Source of the DNA: Rhynchobatus australiae
Taxonomy: Eukaryota
NCBI GenBank assembly: GCA_034780895.1
Contig: JAUZTB010000063.1
Coordinates: 14,997,485 to 15,061,484, forward strand
Direction: 5' to 3'
Length of the DNA: 64,000 nucleotides
Below the pieces are notes generated by a model that saw only the letters and a program-made list of their open reading frames with translations, ran no database searches and was not told where the DNA came from. Both the position numbers and the translations under genes were made by a program. Below, piece by piece: positions 22,779-35,764 of this stretch (position 1 is its first letter; each line of letters starts with the position of its first letter).

Positions 22779-23790
22779 ATAGAATATTACAGCACAGGAA
22801 CAGGCTATTCGGCCCATGATGTCTGTGCCAACCATGATGCCAATTTAAACTGCACATGATCCATATCTCTCCATTCCCTGCCTGTTCATGTATCTGTCTA
22901 AATGCCTCTTAAACATTGCTATTGTATCTGCTTCCACCACTTCCCCCGATAGTATGTTCCAGNNNNNNNNNNNNNNNNNNNNNNNNNNNNNNNNNNNNNN
23001 NNNNNNNNNNNNNNNNNNNNNNNNNNNNNNNNNNNNNNNNNNNNNNNNNNNNNNNNNNNNNNNNNNNNNNNNNNNNNNNNNNNNNNNNNNNNNNNNNNNN
23101 NNNNNNNNNNNNNNNNNNNNNNNNNNNNNNNNNNNNNNNNNNNNNNNNNNNNNNNNNNNNNNNNNNNNNNNNNNNNNNNNNNNNNNNNNNNNNNNNNNNN
23201 NNNNNNNNNNNNNNNNNNNNNNNNNNNNNNNNNNNNNNNNNNNNNNNNNNNNNNNNNNNNNNNAAGAACTGCACACAATACTCCAAATGTGGCTTAACCA
23301 AAGTTTTATATAGCTTCAACGTGACTTCCTGACTTTTATACTCAATGCCCCAACCGATGAAGGCAAGTATGCTGTTCCCACCTTTACCCCCCTATCCACT
23401 TGTGTTGCCACTTTCAGGGAGCTATGGACTTTCACCCCAAGATACCTCTGGACAATAATGCTCCTCAAGGCCCTGTCATTTACTGTATACTCTATTCTTG
23501 CAATTGACCTCCTAAAGTGCAACGGTTCACACTTGTCTGCATTAAACTCCATCTACCATTACTTTACCTATATTTCCAGCTGGTCTATATCCAGCTAAAT
23601 CCTTCAACAGTCTTCCTCACTGTCCACAACTCTGCTAATTTTTGTGTTGACAAAAATTCAAACTTACTAATCAGTAAGTTTCAAACAAATCATTTATAGA
23701 TATCATAAACAACAGAAGTCCCAGCACTGATTCTTGCAGAATATCATTGGTCATAGATCAAGAATTATAATAATACCCCTCCACCAGATA
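22779..23790 (-). mobile_element. Relatively young CR1 LINE 3' portion (gap inside)
   Basis: ORF track: MEFNADKCE.., KLYKTLVKPHLEYCVQF, WNILSGEVVEADTIAMFKRHLDRYM. 3' tail catagaatattacagcacaggaacaggc. Confidence 0.92.
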
Positions 23791-24949
23791 TAAAAGTAAG
23801 TGATACTTGAACTTTACAGAATCACGTTTGTCAGTTTAATTTGGAAGATTCCTTGCATCAGCGATTAACTTGATTAACCAATTGCATGCAATATTTTGCT
23901 GACCAAACAAATTTAAATACATTCCTGTTTCATGTAAAGTGCATCCGGTTCACTCTGATGATCCTGCTGTACACAGTTCTCATCAACTTAATGATCCAAA
24001 TATTCTGCTGAGTGGCAAGCTGTTCAAGCTTGTTGGTTGCCTGACAGTTAACCCTGCTTTGGCCTTAGGAAGGTGGCATTATGCAGACTTTCTGCAGAAG
24101 GACAATCTAGTCATTGCAGAGCTTTCCAATTGTAAGTCCCCACTGAAGTACATTGAGAGTCAATTAAGCCTCGCACCTACGATATACCAATTGTCTAAGA
24201 GTTGTAACTGCAAATGTCACTGACATTTACAAAGGTTCAAAAATATCCACAATCTATTAAAATGAAATGTACTATTAATCTTTTTAAATTATTAGATTTT
24301 AAAATATTTTAAAACCCTAAACAACACTTAGACATATAAATTTCCATGGCTCACTGTACCCATGCCAAGTCTATCGTAGTTCAGCCTCAGTGGGTGGATT
24401 TGTACAAGTAGTCCACAATAAGCATAATGAGAAAATCCCCAGTAAGTTCCAGAGTGTCCATTAGTTGCTTATCCCATCCATGGCACGGATTGTCAGTAGA
24501 ACCTAAAAATCCACAATAAGTACAGAACCCTGAGAAGGCTACATTTGCATTTTGCAGGTGTTGGTTGGCTATTTTTTTTAAATTTTAGAATTCAAGAGAT
24601 TATTATTGACCACTGTGTTTTATTCCAAAATTGCATGTTGCCCTTCATTCTTTTAGCTGAGCTATTCTGATTAAAAATTCTCAAGTTTTTATCAGATACC
24701 ATGTCTAAGTTAGCAGGTCAGGTTGAATGTATGTGGCACTGGACAAAATGTTAATGAAACTTTGAAACATATCATGAAGGGCTTTGACTAGAAATATCAA
24801 ATGAACAGTCTGAAAATTCCCTACCCACCTCTTATTAACAACTACATTAGAGTGTGTGGATTTGAACTTGTAACAAAATTAGAAAGCAGTTTCCCAGATC
24901 ACCTCTGAGAGTGAACTTAACCAATGTGAATCTAATAAACCCGAGTTAT

Positions 24950-25245
24950 GTAATCATAGTGACACTTCCCAGTGACTTTTTTGATGCAGGGAGTAAAGTT
25001 CATTGCAGAACCATCAGTTCATTGATTTCCTTTATAGATGGAAGCCTGCGTCCTTTCTCAGTCTCTATGCACCAGTCTGACACCAATATGGTCAATCTTA
25101 ATTGCTCTCTAAAGTGTCCAGCAAGCCACTGCCTTGGATTAAAATGACACAGCAGATCATGAAAACAGTCTATCACCTGCTTTTCAATGGGCCTAAAAAT
25201 GGGCAATAAATACTGACTTTGTATGTGATTACTGCATTCCGAGAA
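24950..25245 (+). mobile_element. Decayed LINE 3' end (family of 8780-10730)
   Basis: caatatggtcaatcttaattgctctctaaagtgtccagcaagccact...aatgggcaataaatactg. Confidence 0.5.
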
Positions 25246-28200
25246 ATAATCTGTTTTTGAAATAGCTTCCTGCTAAGCTATTAGCACCTCTACCAAGAAT
25301 CTATGTCAAAATTTTATTCACTTATCTGTTCATTCTACTTTGCTGCATTGCATAAAAGATAAAAATAGGTAAGATAGTCAGAATAATAGGTTCTGGAAAG
25401 AGGAGAGAACTGCCCTGTGTATGCCTGTTGAAATCTTAAAAGGAAAGGAGGGATCCAGGCACGTTTTGTGTAGGTTTGACAGTTTTCAGCAAAAGATGCA
25501 GCAACAGGAAGCAAACTCCCAGCTTAGTACTTTAAAAAATGCCATTCAGCAGTAGGAGGCGATTAATAGCTATTGAATGTGTTAGCTAAAAAATTTCACT
25601 TTCTTCTTTCCCGGGGGCTGCTCAGATCTTTTTTTGTGCCAAGATTCAGTTCCAGTCCTGAAATTCAGTGGGTTGCTATGGCATTAGCATTGTGCAAGTA
25701 ACCAACCTTGGCGTAATAAAACCAGATACTGCCTGCTGTAAAGATGAATTTTCAACCTGAAAAATTGAATTAATGGTCCATTTGCTGCCATGTGCTGTCA
25801 TTGTGTGCTTGTGCTGTAGTATATGAAAGTCTTTGAAGTCCAAAGCCTTTTCTAGTTGCTGTGAAATTGATTTTAAGTAAATCATCATTTCATTTGTAAC
25901 CTACCTCATTATATACTCTCATCCNNNNNNNNNNNNNNNNNNNNNNNNNNNNNNNNNNNNNNNNNNNNNNNNNNNNNNNNNNNNNNNNNNNNNNNNNNNN
26001 NNNNNNNNNNNNNNNNNNNNNNNNTCTCATCCAGGCCTTATCATACTGTGTTGCACATTAGATTCCCAGAACTGGAGATTGCCAGATGAGTTGGTTACAA
26101 ATCTTCACCTAAGTGAATTTTAGGGTTCAGGAGAACCTAACATATCCTAGATTTTGGGTTACCTTGCCCTTTGGTTTCTTCACATCTTTGAATACCTATA
26201 TTTTGCCCTGGCATTTACATTATGTTAAGAAGCAAATATTAAGCTTGTCTCTTCCTGATCCCTAAAGTTGAGGTTCAAATAGGCTTGACACCATTCCCGA
26301 ATACTCCATGAGCACTACAAACCACAACGTCAACTATTTCTCAATTTTATTGAGAAATGTGTAGAATCTGTAAATTGGTATTAGCACAATTAATTACAGC
26401 ATTTCTTGCTATTTGCAGCTTGTATTCACAATGATATCAACATTCAAGGCAGATGATGACTTTGTTCATCTCTGAACTGATTAAGGTTTTCTGTTTTTTT
26501 GACACAGCTTATAAAACTTTTGTCGGTCAAATTGTGGATGTGGCCAAACTAACTCTAATTTAGAATTACATTGGAATAAAAAAATTCCATTGATGCACCA
26601 TTCTGACACTGGGAAAGACTCTAACAGCAGTAAGTTTTGAAGGCCTCTTTGCATCTGAAGAGTCATCACTCCCATTGTAGTTTCTTTGCTGTGTCATTTT
26701 ATATTATCCTTCTGCCTCTTAGACGAAAGGAACTTTGGGATTATTTTAGATTTTAAGTGTGATTGAAGGAATACTTGCAGTATATGTGCCTAGATGACAG
26801 TTGCATTTTATCTTAACTGTAGCTCTGAAAGGCTTTGCTGATGTTGAGATGAAAGATTCTTTGTAAGACCCCAAATTTTATTTTTTCTTCACAGAATGAT
26901 ATGTTCAAACTTGTCCTCTCAGGAAATAGACAAGCGTCAATCCTTTATGAATAGTGTTCCTTAGACAATGTTCTCCATCTTGGAGCCCCTAGCTTGACTA
27001 GAATTTGTTTGGTAATTGCTCTGCTCAAACTTGGGCTATCTTTGAAGCCTTGTATTTAATGTAGAATGATATTTCAAAAGGGCAGGATAATTAGCAGAGA
27101 ATGGTTAGCAGCAGTGAGAAATGCAAACTAGTGGAAGGTAGTTTTTGTTGCAGTGCAGGCATGCACTTTTGAGCTGGGCTGTTGTTCAGTTAATAAGCAG
27201 GTGATGGAAATGTAAAGCAGCAAGTGGACATAGTACATAGGCCAGATTTTTCAAGATAAAGATGTACTGTATATTCTGGTTTAATAAAAATATTGTTAGG
27301 ACACATCCCATTAGGTATGTTGTTCTCCATGTACGCTACTTTGTTTCATTCTAATTCTCCACTTCACAGTCTGTACCTTTTTCCTACTCTTTCAAACTGC
27401 TGGATAATTACCTCTCAAAAGAAACTATGATCATGGTTCTGGTTCTGGAGCAACAATCCAATGATATGTCTTACCATGTCCTTTGGAGAAGAGAACTTGC
27501 TACCAATACCTGATCTAGTTTGATAACTATACTAATTATTCTGACTTGCCAATGTCACTGGCATACCAAGAAAGTTTAAAACAAAATATTATTAAGGATT
27601 CTATTTAAATTTTTAATGGCTTTATCTCCTTGCAGGTATGCTTTAATAATATGTATCAGTACATCACTAGTAGTCTCTTCTTCTCTATCATTTAAAAATT
27701 GATCGTTTAAGGTGTGCCCCCTTTTGCTATTTTCACTTCCAAAATTTATGACTTCATGTTTGACTGTCTTTGCTGCCTATCTACTCGCCTTGCTAGTGTC
27801 TGTTTATCCACCTTAGTTTTTCATGGAACAGTTCACTATGTATTTCCCACTTTGATTTCATCGTCTTCTTTATAATAGAGCATTGGTGTGTTTTTTAATC
27901 CAGTTCAGGCATATATTGAAGTGTATATAGTATGTGTATATGGAATTACCAGGAAGAATCGGATACGCTGAGATCGGCGGATCGATCGTGTAAAATAAAT
28001 TAATAGATGCCCCTAGTAAAAATGACGAATTGAGTATGGCAAGTTCCTGGAAGAGTTATTACTGAGACTCTTGTTCCTATTTCATTGCTTTTTATTATTT
28101 TANNNNNNNNNNNNNNNNNNNNNNNNNNNNNNNNNNNNNNNNNNNNNNNNNNNNNNNNNNNNNNNNNNNNNNNNNNNNNNNNNNNNNNNNNNNNNNNNNN

Positions 28201-29849
28201 NNGTTTCCAAAGAGCTGTTTAGCCAACATTCACAGAAATAAAGACAAGTTAATATCAGGCTGTCAGGCAGCCAATTCTGTCACATCTCTAAATTGAAGGG
28301 TTCCCACCTAAAATGTGATATTTTTTCCTTTTGTTCTTTTTCAGATGTTGTTCAACTTACTTTGTTCCATCTCGCCATGTCTGTTTGATCTGAAACCTAA
28401 TTGTGCTTTGTTGTAATTTTTATATATGCATTTTTATAAGAAAATAGTGATGTTAGAAGGTAGAATTTTCCAGCAGCATTTATTCCAATAAGAGGGGCCA
28501 TGTTTGAAAAGTTAACTTGGTTATTCACTGCACAAATGTTGCCTAGCCTGACTGTTTCCAGTGCCAATATATCTTCCAGATTTTTAACATTTGCTGTATT
28601 TTGTTCACCTGCTGGACGGGTTCCATTGTGATGTATAACTTACACAAGGTAAAGTATGAAATATAGAATGCTCTAATTCTATGGTGTCTAGATTTCCAGG
28701 TATCAAGATTTTTGCATCAAATTCCCTGCCATGAATTTTACCGGGGGTAAAATCCTAAATGATTACATTTGTGGAACTTTNNNNNNNNNNNNNNNNNNNN
28801 NNNNNNNNNNNNNNNNNNNNNNNNNNNNNNNNNNNNNNNNNNNNNNNNNNNNNNNNNNNNNNNNATTATTTGCCATGGTTATCACACCCCTGATGCTTGG
28901 TGGAAGAAATTGTATGTTGCCTGTAGGCATTCATTTGTTTTTCTGTTTTAAATTGGGTTCTGTGTCTGACCAGCACTTAAATAGATAAGCTAATTTATTA
29001 CCTCAAAAGCTGCCCTGAGCATGGATTGGGTTGTGGATCAGTTATGAACGGAACACTGATGATGAATCACCAACAAACAGTAGCTGAAAATGCTTATTTC
29101 ATTCTTAATAGGCCATATGGCAGTTTTTCCCTTCTCCTTTTGAACATTATTTTGAATCAAGTGAGGATAATTGTTCTGTGAATGTTTGCCAGGCATTTAG
29201 TGTGCTGTTACATAGAAAACTGAATGAATGGATTACCTAGGATTGAGTAACAAATGATGTGCTTCTTTTTAAATTTGCTGACAGGATTGTAATATATTTC
29301 ATCCATGTATTGCTTTTTCCTGGATCAAACGCTTCTTCAACAAACCTAGGATTGGTACTTAATTTGTAAGACTAAATTTGCAAAACATCGGTGCAGTTTT
29401 TTTGTGGAGGTAGTTTTGAATGTACCCTTGTTATTGGTGCAATAATGGTTAATACTGCTCCATCTTAGCATAACAAGTATTTTATTGTTTTTGTTTGGAC
29501 ATTTACTCCCAAGCCTGCTAACTTGGTGGAAACCCAATGGGATGTTCCTTGGTAATGCTGATTGTAATTTGTTTTATCCTGTTTAAAAAAAACAATTTTA
29601 TGGATCTGATTATGAGTGGCAAACAATTCCAGAGATTTAATCCACTATTAAATGGTGTCCTCTTTTCCTTACTTGGACTTAGAGTGTTGCTGCTTATGAA
29701 TAATATTTCAATTAGAGAGCAGTATTTGCCTAGAGGAGCTACCCAAAGGAAAGTTGTCTGTATACAAAGAACTGAGAGGCAAAATTGGGTGACGATTCAA
29801 GTATGGCAATCATCTTGAACCTTCACCTGTCTGCAATCCTTAAGTACCA

Positions 29850-30610
29850 CTATCATCTTCGGCAGCCCTTGGGATCAGGGATGATTTGCTTCCATTCCAG
29901 TTCTCTGTGTTTTGAGGTAATCAAGATTGATAAGAGTCACACTCTCGCTACCACAGATAAGTTGAGAGGTTCCTGTCGGGATGATGGGTGCATAGTTAGT
30001 GAGATGGTGCACCTCTTCCACTGTTTATGTTGGGTATCCAAGTTCTGATGCATGTCCTCGTGGTTCTCAATCCTGTCCCAAATGTTTTTTCTTCTTCACT
30101 CTTCGTTGTCATAGGTCAGGGATTCCCAGGAGTTGGTGGAGATGTTGCATTTTTTCAGGAAGGCTTTGAAGCTTTTCCTTTGCCTGCTGTAAACTGTTCT
30201 TGTGACAAAAAATCAGAATAGTAAATCCGCTTCTAGAGTCTAATGTTGGGCTTGTGAAAAACATAGCCAGCCTAATGCAACCGACAGAGTATATAGAGGG
30301 TTTTGCCACCGGTCACATTGACATGGAAGTGGAAGAGATGTTGATTTGATTATCCTTCTAGTGTGTTTTGAATATTTTGCAGAGACATCATTAGTGGTAT
30401 CTCTCCTGTGCCTTGTTGTGCCTGCTATATGTACTACAAGTCTCAAAAGCGGATGAGGGAAGGAACCACTGCTGCCTGGTAGATTGCGAGCTTTGTTCTG
30501 GATATGAGGAGTTAAACTTCAAACTTCCAACATCCTTTTTCTTGGTCGTCCATCAGGGCAACGACACCAGACCACATTGAGATGTGCTTTGTTATAGATC
30601 CACTGATTAG
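29850..30610 (-). mobile_element. Decayed RTE-clade LINE 3' portion
   Basis: The terminal cttcggcagcccttgggatcagggatgatttgcttcc mirrors the RTE 3' end at ~53000; internal gttgcattttttcaggaaggctttga. Confidence 0.6.
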
Positions 30611-31929
30611 GATTCTTTGTAGTCTCCCCATGATGCATCATGACATGGAGCTCCCATTACTGTAACTTGTATTGATGAGCACAAAAGGATGCAACCTGTT
30701 CAGACTGATGTTCCTTAAGCTTGTGTTGGGCTTCATCATAACCGTGCAGGAGGCCACAGCAGGTCAAAATGGGAGTCTGATGGAGAATTAAAGAGGCAGG
30801 CAACAGGGGTTTCCAAAGCAACACACGGAAAGCTGGAGAAACTCAGCTGGTCAGGCTGTACTTATGGAGGGAAGTGGACAGTCAATGTGCAAGGGTATCC
30901 AACATCTGTATATTTTTTAAAAAGAGATCTTTGAATTTGTAAAAGGCTAAAGCAAAAGTTTTAAGGTAGGTTGTGATGGCTGAAGATTGAAGTCAAGAAG
31001 GAGACCCAAACTAGTAATTTTTTACTGTAAACAAGTTTTTTTTTGCCAATTGCTTCATTTTCACTCTCGCCACTAAAAACATTTTGTTTTCAAACTTTGT
31101 TTTGAATGACATACATCCTTTGTTATGTGTTTCCAAACATGTATGAGTTTCTTGATGGGCTCAGAATGGAATCATTGGCTAATTCTTCTCTTCCCCACCT
31201 TGCTTATATACGACTGTCTCTCAAAACGTTCAAGTTAAAAGCTAAACAATACAAGCTTAATTTGATGGTCACTAAAAGTATTGAGATAATAAAAATTGAA
31301 GAGAATGTGGTGATGTCTTTTTGCTGTGATTCCTGTTAACGTGGTCAGATTTTTTGCAAATATTTTTCAATAATTCCTTTTTAATGAAATCTTAGCCAGG
31401 ATTATTGGATTAGAATAGATTTTGTAGCTGCATTACCTTGCACTTCAATTATGTCCAATCAAATGTTGCAGTTCTACCACCACACAGACTGTAGTCAGAC
31501 ATACAGCATTAAATGATTAGTTTATATGTTTCCTACTTGGAGAGTTTAAACAACTAACTACCAAAAAAATCATTTTGGAATATCTTAAATTTGTATTTGT
31601 ATTTAGTTTTATAAGTTTACACTGAAAACAGCCGGTATGCTGGTGTTTAGGACTGTACTCGTGTCTTGGTTTACCATTTCCAAAGACAGTATTTATTCCT
31701 TAATTGCCCTTGAGAATTGCCTCACATCGAAGATGGCAAAAATTGTAAATGATGCTCTATTGAATGTGGAGGCTGGAAGTACATTTCCCTCTGCTCCTAC
31801 CCAGAGCATAGATAGAGTACTCCTGATCCTTGCCAGCCTTCACATTCAAAACCTCATCCTTTGCGATTTTTGCCATCTTCAATGAGAGGACAATCCTCAA
31901 GGCAATCAAGGAATAAACACAATCAATGG

Positions 31930-32780
31930 CTCTGTCAACTATGGTTTGGTAGGGAGAAGTCCACAGTTGAGGAAAAAGGAAGACATCACAAAAACGTGTG
32001 GAAATTTGAGTCATTGGAGCAAATCGACTGAGACAGAATAACATGGTCCTCCATGATGGTAGAGATCATAAGTTTGGAAGGCTCTGTTAGAGTAGCCTAG
32101 GCAAATAACTGTAGTGCAATTGTATATTTTTATATGTGTGGACACAGCAGTAGTGATAGAGAGGGAGCCTATGTTTCAGATGTTGGATGAGATGATGGTG
32201 TTGATCTTGAGTGTTTCACCACACTCCTGAGTTATGCTTTGAATATGTGGAAAGGCTTTTTGGATATCAGCTATATAATTTGTTATTGAATTTCCAACCT
32301 CCCACTAGTTTGTATGTGATTGGTCCAGTTTAGTTTTTGGTCAGTGGTGATTCCCAGAATGGTGGTGGTAATGCAATTGAACTTCAAGAGTAGGAGGTTA
32401 GACTGTCTCTTGTGACAAGCAATGATCTTGCTAACTTGCCTGTTTTGAACGTTACTTGGTGCTTATCAGCCTATGCCTGATTGACATCTAAATCTGAATC
32501 CTTTTACAAGTGATATGCATCATTTTCTGGGGAGTTGTTAATGGAATTGAAGGTCCCCAGTTATGACCATATGATGGAAAGACATTAATGAAACAACTGC
32601 CAATGGTTAGGTCCACGATGCATCTCTGAGGAATTGCTGCAGCAGTGTTTTCAGCCTAGGATGATTGACTTGCAGCAACTTATTTGTGCAGAGTATAGCT
32701 CCAACCAGTTGAAGTATTTTCCCCTTGATGCCAATAGATTTTAATTTTTACCAGGGCTCCTTGATGCCACAAGTAGTCAA
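31930..32780 (-). mobile_element. Decayed CR1-clade LINE (family of 8780-10730)
   Basis: gtttggaaggctctgtt, ggtccagtttagtttttggtcagtggtgattcccagaat, ccagggctccttgatgccac, similar to 19295-20585. Confidence 0.65.
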
Positions 32781-32894
32781 ACTGTCATGTGTTTGACAAT
32801 AAAATGTTAGAGATAGGAGTTGTGTTGAAATGCTGTTATGTTGATCATAAATTTTAAATTCTAAGTATTTAAATTTAATTTTTTTTAATTTAAA

Positions 32895-32936
32895 TTTTAT
32901 TTACAGCATGGTAACAGGCCCTTGCAGCCCAATGAG
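32895..32936 (-). mobile_element. 3' end of an HE1-like SINE, remainder lost in a gap
   Basis: atttacagcatggtaacaggcccttgcagcccaatgag is the reverse complement of the tail at 61823-61860. Confidence 0.7.
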
Positions 32937-33209
32937 NNNNNNNNNNNNNNNNNNNNNNNNNNNNNNNNNNNNNNNTGGATACATGATCCTAATATGGCAG
33001 AATTTTGGATGTGACTGAAAAAGGACCAGTTCACTCAAAAACCAGAGTCTTGATCATAAATCTACCTATGTAGGTATGAAAGATGAATTGGCTTATAAAT
33101 TGGAGGCATCTCAAGAAATATTTTGAAATTCTCAATAAATAATACATTCCATTGAGATTTTTTTTAAAAAATCAAGAGATCTGTCCATGGCAAAATGAAA
33201 AGGAATATT

Positions 33210-33311
33210 AGATCAAAAGAATAGTCTTAAAATGTTGTGAAAAGATCAAAAGAATAGTCTTAAAATGTTGTGAAAAGATCAAAAGAATAGTCTTAAAATG
33301 TTGTGAAAAGA
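33210..33311. repeat. Perfect 33-bp tandem repeat, 3 copies
   Basis: GATCAAAAGAATAGTCTTAAAATGTTGTGAAAA at 33211, 33244 and 33277. Confidence 0.95.
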
Positions 33312-33315
33312 AATG

Positions 33316-33812
33316 CAGTAAAACTCTGATAATCCAACACCCTTTGGACTTCAGTGTTGGACTTGCGGATTTTCCTGACTATTGGATGTTACTCCTATTA
33401 ATACCAAAAGATTCTTTTAATTCACACAGAGGTTATAGAGGAGTACAATAAATTTCCCAGTTGAATCCAGTACATTTAAAGGGAATATAGGAAAAGGGAT
33501 CTGGTGAGTTTAAAGGAAGCATGGGCAAGAGGACCCTAGGAAATGTAACAGGNNNNNNNNNNNNNNNNNNNNNNNNNNNNNNNNNNNNNNNNNNNNNNNN
33601 NNNNNNNNNNNNNNNNNNNNNNNNNNNNNNNNNNNNNNNNNNNNNNNNNNNNAGGACCCTAGGAAATGTAACAGGAGTGTGGGAATTTAAAAGAATAGGA
33701 CTGGGGCTAACATGAAATTAGAGAGTGTGGGAAGTGGTCTTCTGCTGTATTTAAAGGGAGTGCATGAAACATCACCTGATGAGCCAGATGATGAATCATT
33801 CAGATTTCTGTC
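33316..33812 (-). mobile_element. Non-autonomous DNA transposon, copy 2 (inverted relative to 10762-11065), with internal sub-repeats
   Basis: Starts CAGTAAAACTCTGATAATCC, and both ends match copy 1 in reverse. Internal tttaaaggga(g/a)t-type sub-repeats and aggaccctaggaaatgtaacagg on both sides of an N-run. Confidence 0.65.
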
Positions 33813-33984
33813 CAATGTCATAAGCCAGAGGTCTGGGAGAGCTATCTAAAAACAGCAACAATTAATCAAAAAGTGAATGGAAGGTAGAGTATGGGAGTGG
33901 GTTAGAAGTAATATTTTTTAACTTGCAAAAATGCTTTGAAGATTTGGATATGTGAAATTATTATAGGAGGAATAATCTGTTTAT

Positions 33985-34305
33985 TATGACACAGCAGGCC
34001 ACTCAGCACATCAGGTCCATGATAGCTCCCAGCAGAGCAATCACAATACTCTCATTCTCTTATTTCCTTGCAATTCCCCATTGATTATTGCTATTTACCT
34101 ATACAAGAGATAATTTACAGTGGTCAGTGAACTTACCAATATGTCTTTGGGATAGGGGAGGAAACTGGAGCACCTGGGGAAAATCCACACTGTCATAATG
34201 AGAATGTGCAAATTCCACAAAGTATTTGTGGAATTCAGAATTCCAGATGTCAGAATTGAAAGTGGGCTGCTTAGATGAGAGGCAGCAGTACTAACACTGT
34301 ATCCT
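33985..34305 (-). mobile_element. Older HE1/V-SINE-like element
   Basis: gtctttgggataggggaggaaactggagcacctggggaaaatccacactgtcataatgagaatgtgcaaattcc is the reverse complement of the core at 61705-61780. Confidence 0.75.
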
Positions 34306-35764
34306 AAAGAAATAGCAAAGGCACTCAATGTGTATTTGCTTCTCTGTCCACACTATGGAGGATAATGGAAATGTGGCAGAAATAAAGGGAAACAAGGGTA
34401 CTAATGAAAGGAAGGAATTTAAAGTGATATTATCAGAGGGGAAATTACTGGAGAAATTAAGGGGACTAACACTCCCAAACCAAGCTAATAATAAGTAGCT
34501 GCAAAGAAGGATGCATTAGCATCTTTCAGAACTCCTTACATTCTGGGAGGTAGAAAATGCAGTGCCACCATTTGAGAAAGGAGGATGGTGGAGACAACAT
34601 AGGAAACAATAGACCAGTTAGCCTGGCAAAACTTGTTGGAAAGCTACTGGAATATGATGACAGTGTATTTTGAAAACCATAATATAATTAGATAATACTG
34701 TTTTATGAATGGAAAATCATATTTGACAAATAAGTATAGAACTAATCATTTATTTGATAATGTGCTGCAAGCGAGGTTATTTAAAAATCCACCTATGGGG
34801 TTGATGTAACATATTGGTGTGAATAATGGAATTTTCAAAGGAAAGAAAGTAAAGAGAATGAGTTAATGCGTTTTTTCAGGTTGGCAGACTTTTACTATGA
34901 ATCAGTATTGGACCCTCAGCATTTTACACTTTACATAACGACTTGGAAAAGTAACAATTTTTTTTCAAGTTTGCTGATGGCCCAAAGCAAGGTGGGAGCA
35001 TGAGGAGGACAGAATCATTAGCAGGTTAAGAATTGGATAGACAGTAGGATGAAGGTAAAAGAAAGGTTATTAATTTTTCTGTGAAGAATAGAAGAACAGA
35101 TGTTTCTTTGTTAAATCCAGAGGACCCAGTAAATATTTGTATTGAGTAGAATCTAGATATACTGGTTCAGAGACGTAGAAGGTAAACATATAAATACAGC
35201 AAGCAATTAAGAAAGCAAATGGTATGTATTAGCCTTTTATTGGAAAGCATTTGGAGTCATCAACTCTTCTTGCATTTGTGTAAGTCTGGTCAGAATGCAT
35301 TTGGAGTATTGCTTCTAGTTTTGGACTCTGTAGTCAGAGTCAGTCCATCGCAGAGTTACAAGATTGATTTCCTGTGAGAAAGATTTTGTCAAGTGAAGAT
35401 TGAGAGCACTTGGCAGGGACGGACAGAATGGTTGTCATGGGATTGTTTCTCCTCAGTGGATTTTCCAGGGAAAAGACCAGGCAGTCAAGGCTGAAAGGAG
35501 AAATTTCTTTACACAGTGGCTGGTAGATCTTTGGATTTGTCTACCTCCAGAAACTGTGACTGCTCAATCATTGAGTAAATTGAGATTGGTAGGTTTCTGA
35601 ACCATCAAGGGGAGCAGGGGATTGGGTAGCAAAGTGTTCTTGAGGCACGTGATCTTATTGAATGGCAAAGTGGAGGCCTTTTTAGCTACTCCTGTTATTT
35701 TGCTCTTAAAGCGGAAGCAAGTTTCATGTATCAAAGCAATGTTCATGGGTTTAATAGGAAGATA

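Larger units (their letters stand above)
32976..35700 (+). mobile_element. Old CR1 LINE interrupted by a tandem triplication, a DNA transposon and a SINE
   Basis: RT motifs: aatagaccagttagcctg (RPVSL) ~34608, cagtattggaccctcagc ~34903, aagtttgctgatg (KFAD) ~34967, and EKFFTQ-like RRNFFTQWLVDLWICLP in ORF 35400-35600. Confidence 0.75.

Noticed and set aside
33210-33311. CRISPR-like array (33-bp repeats)
   Set aside because: Head-to-tail repeats with no spacers and no cas genes, in vertebrate DNA.
33529-33673. Identical sequence on both sides of N-runs (also TCTCATCC around 25925-26023)
   Set aside because: Most simply collapsed tandem repeats or contig-end overlap; cannot be interpreted without reads.
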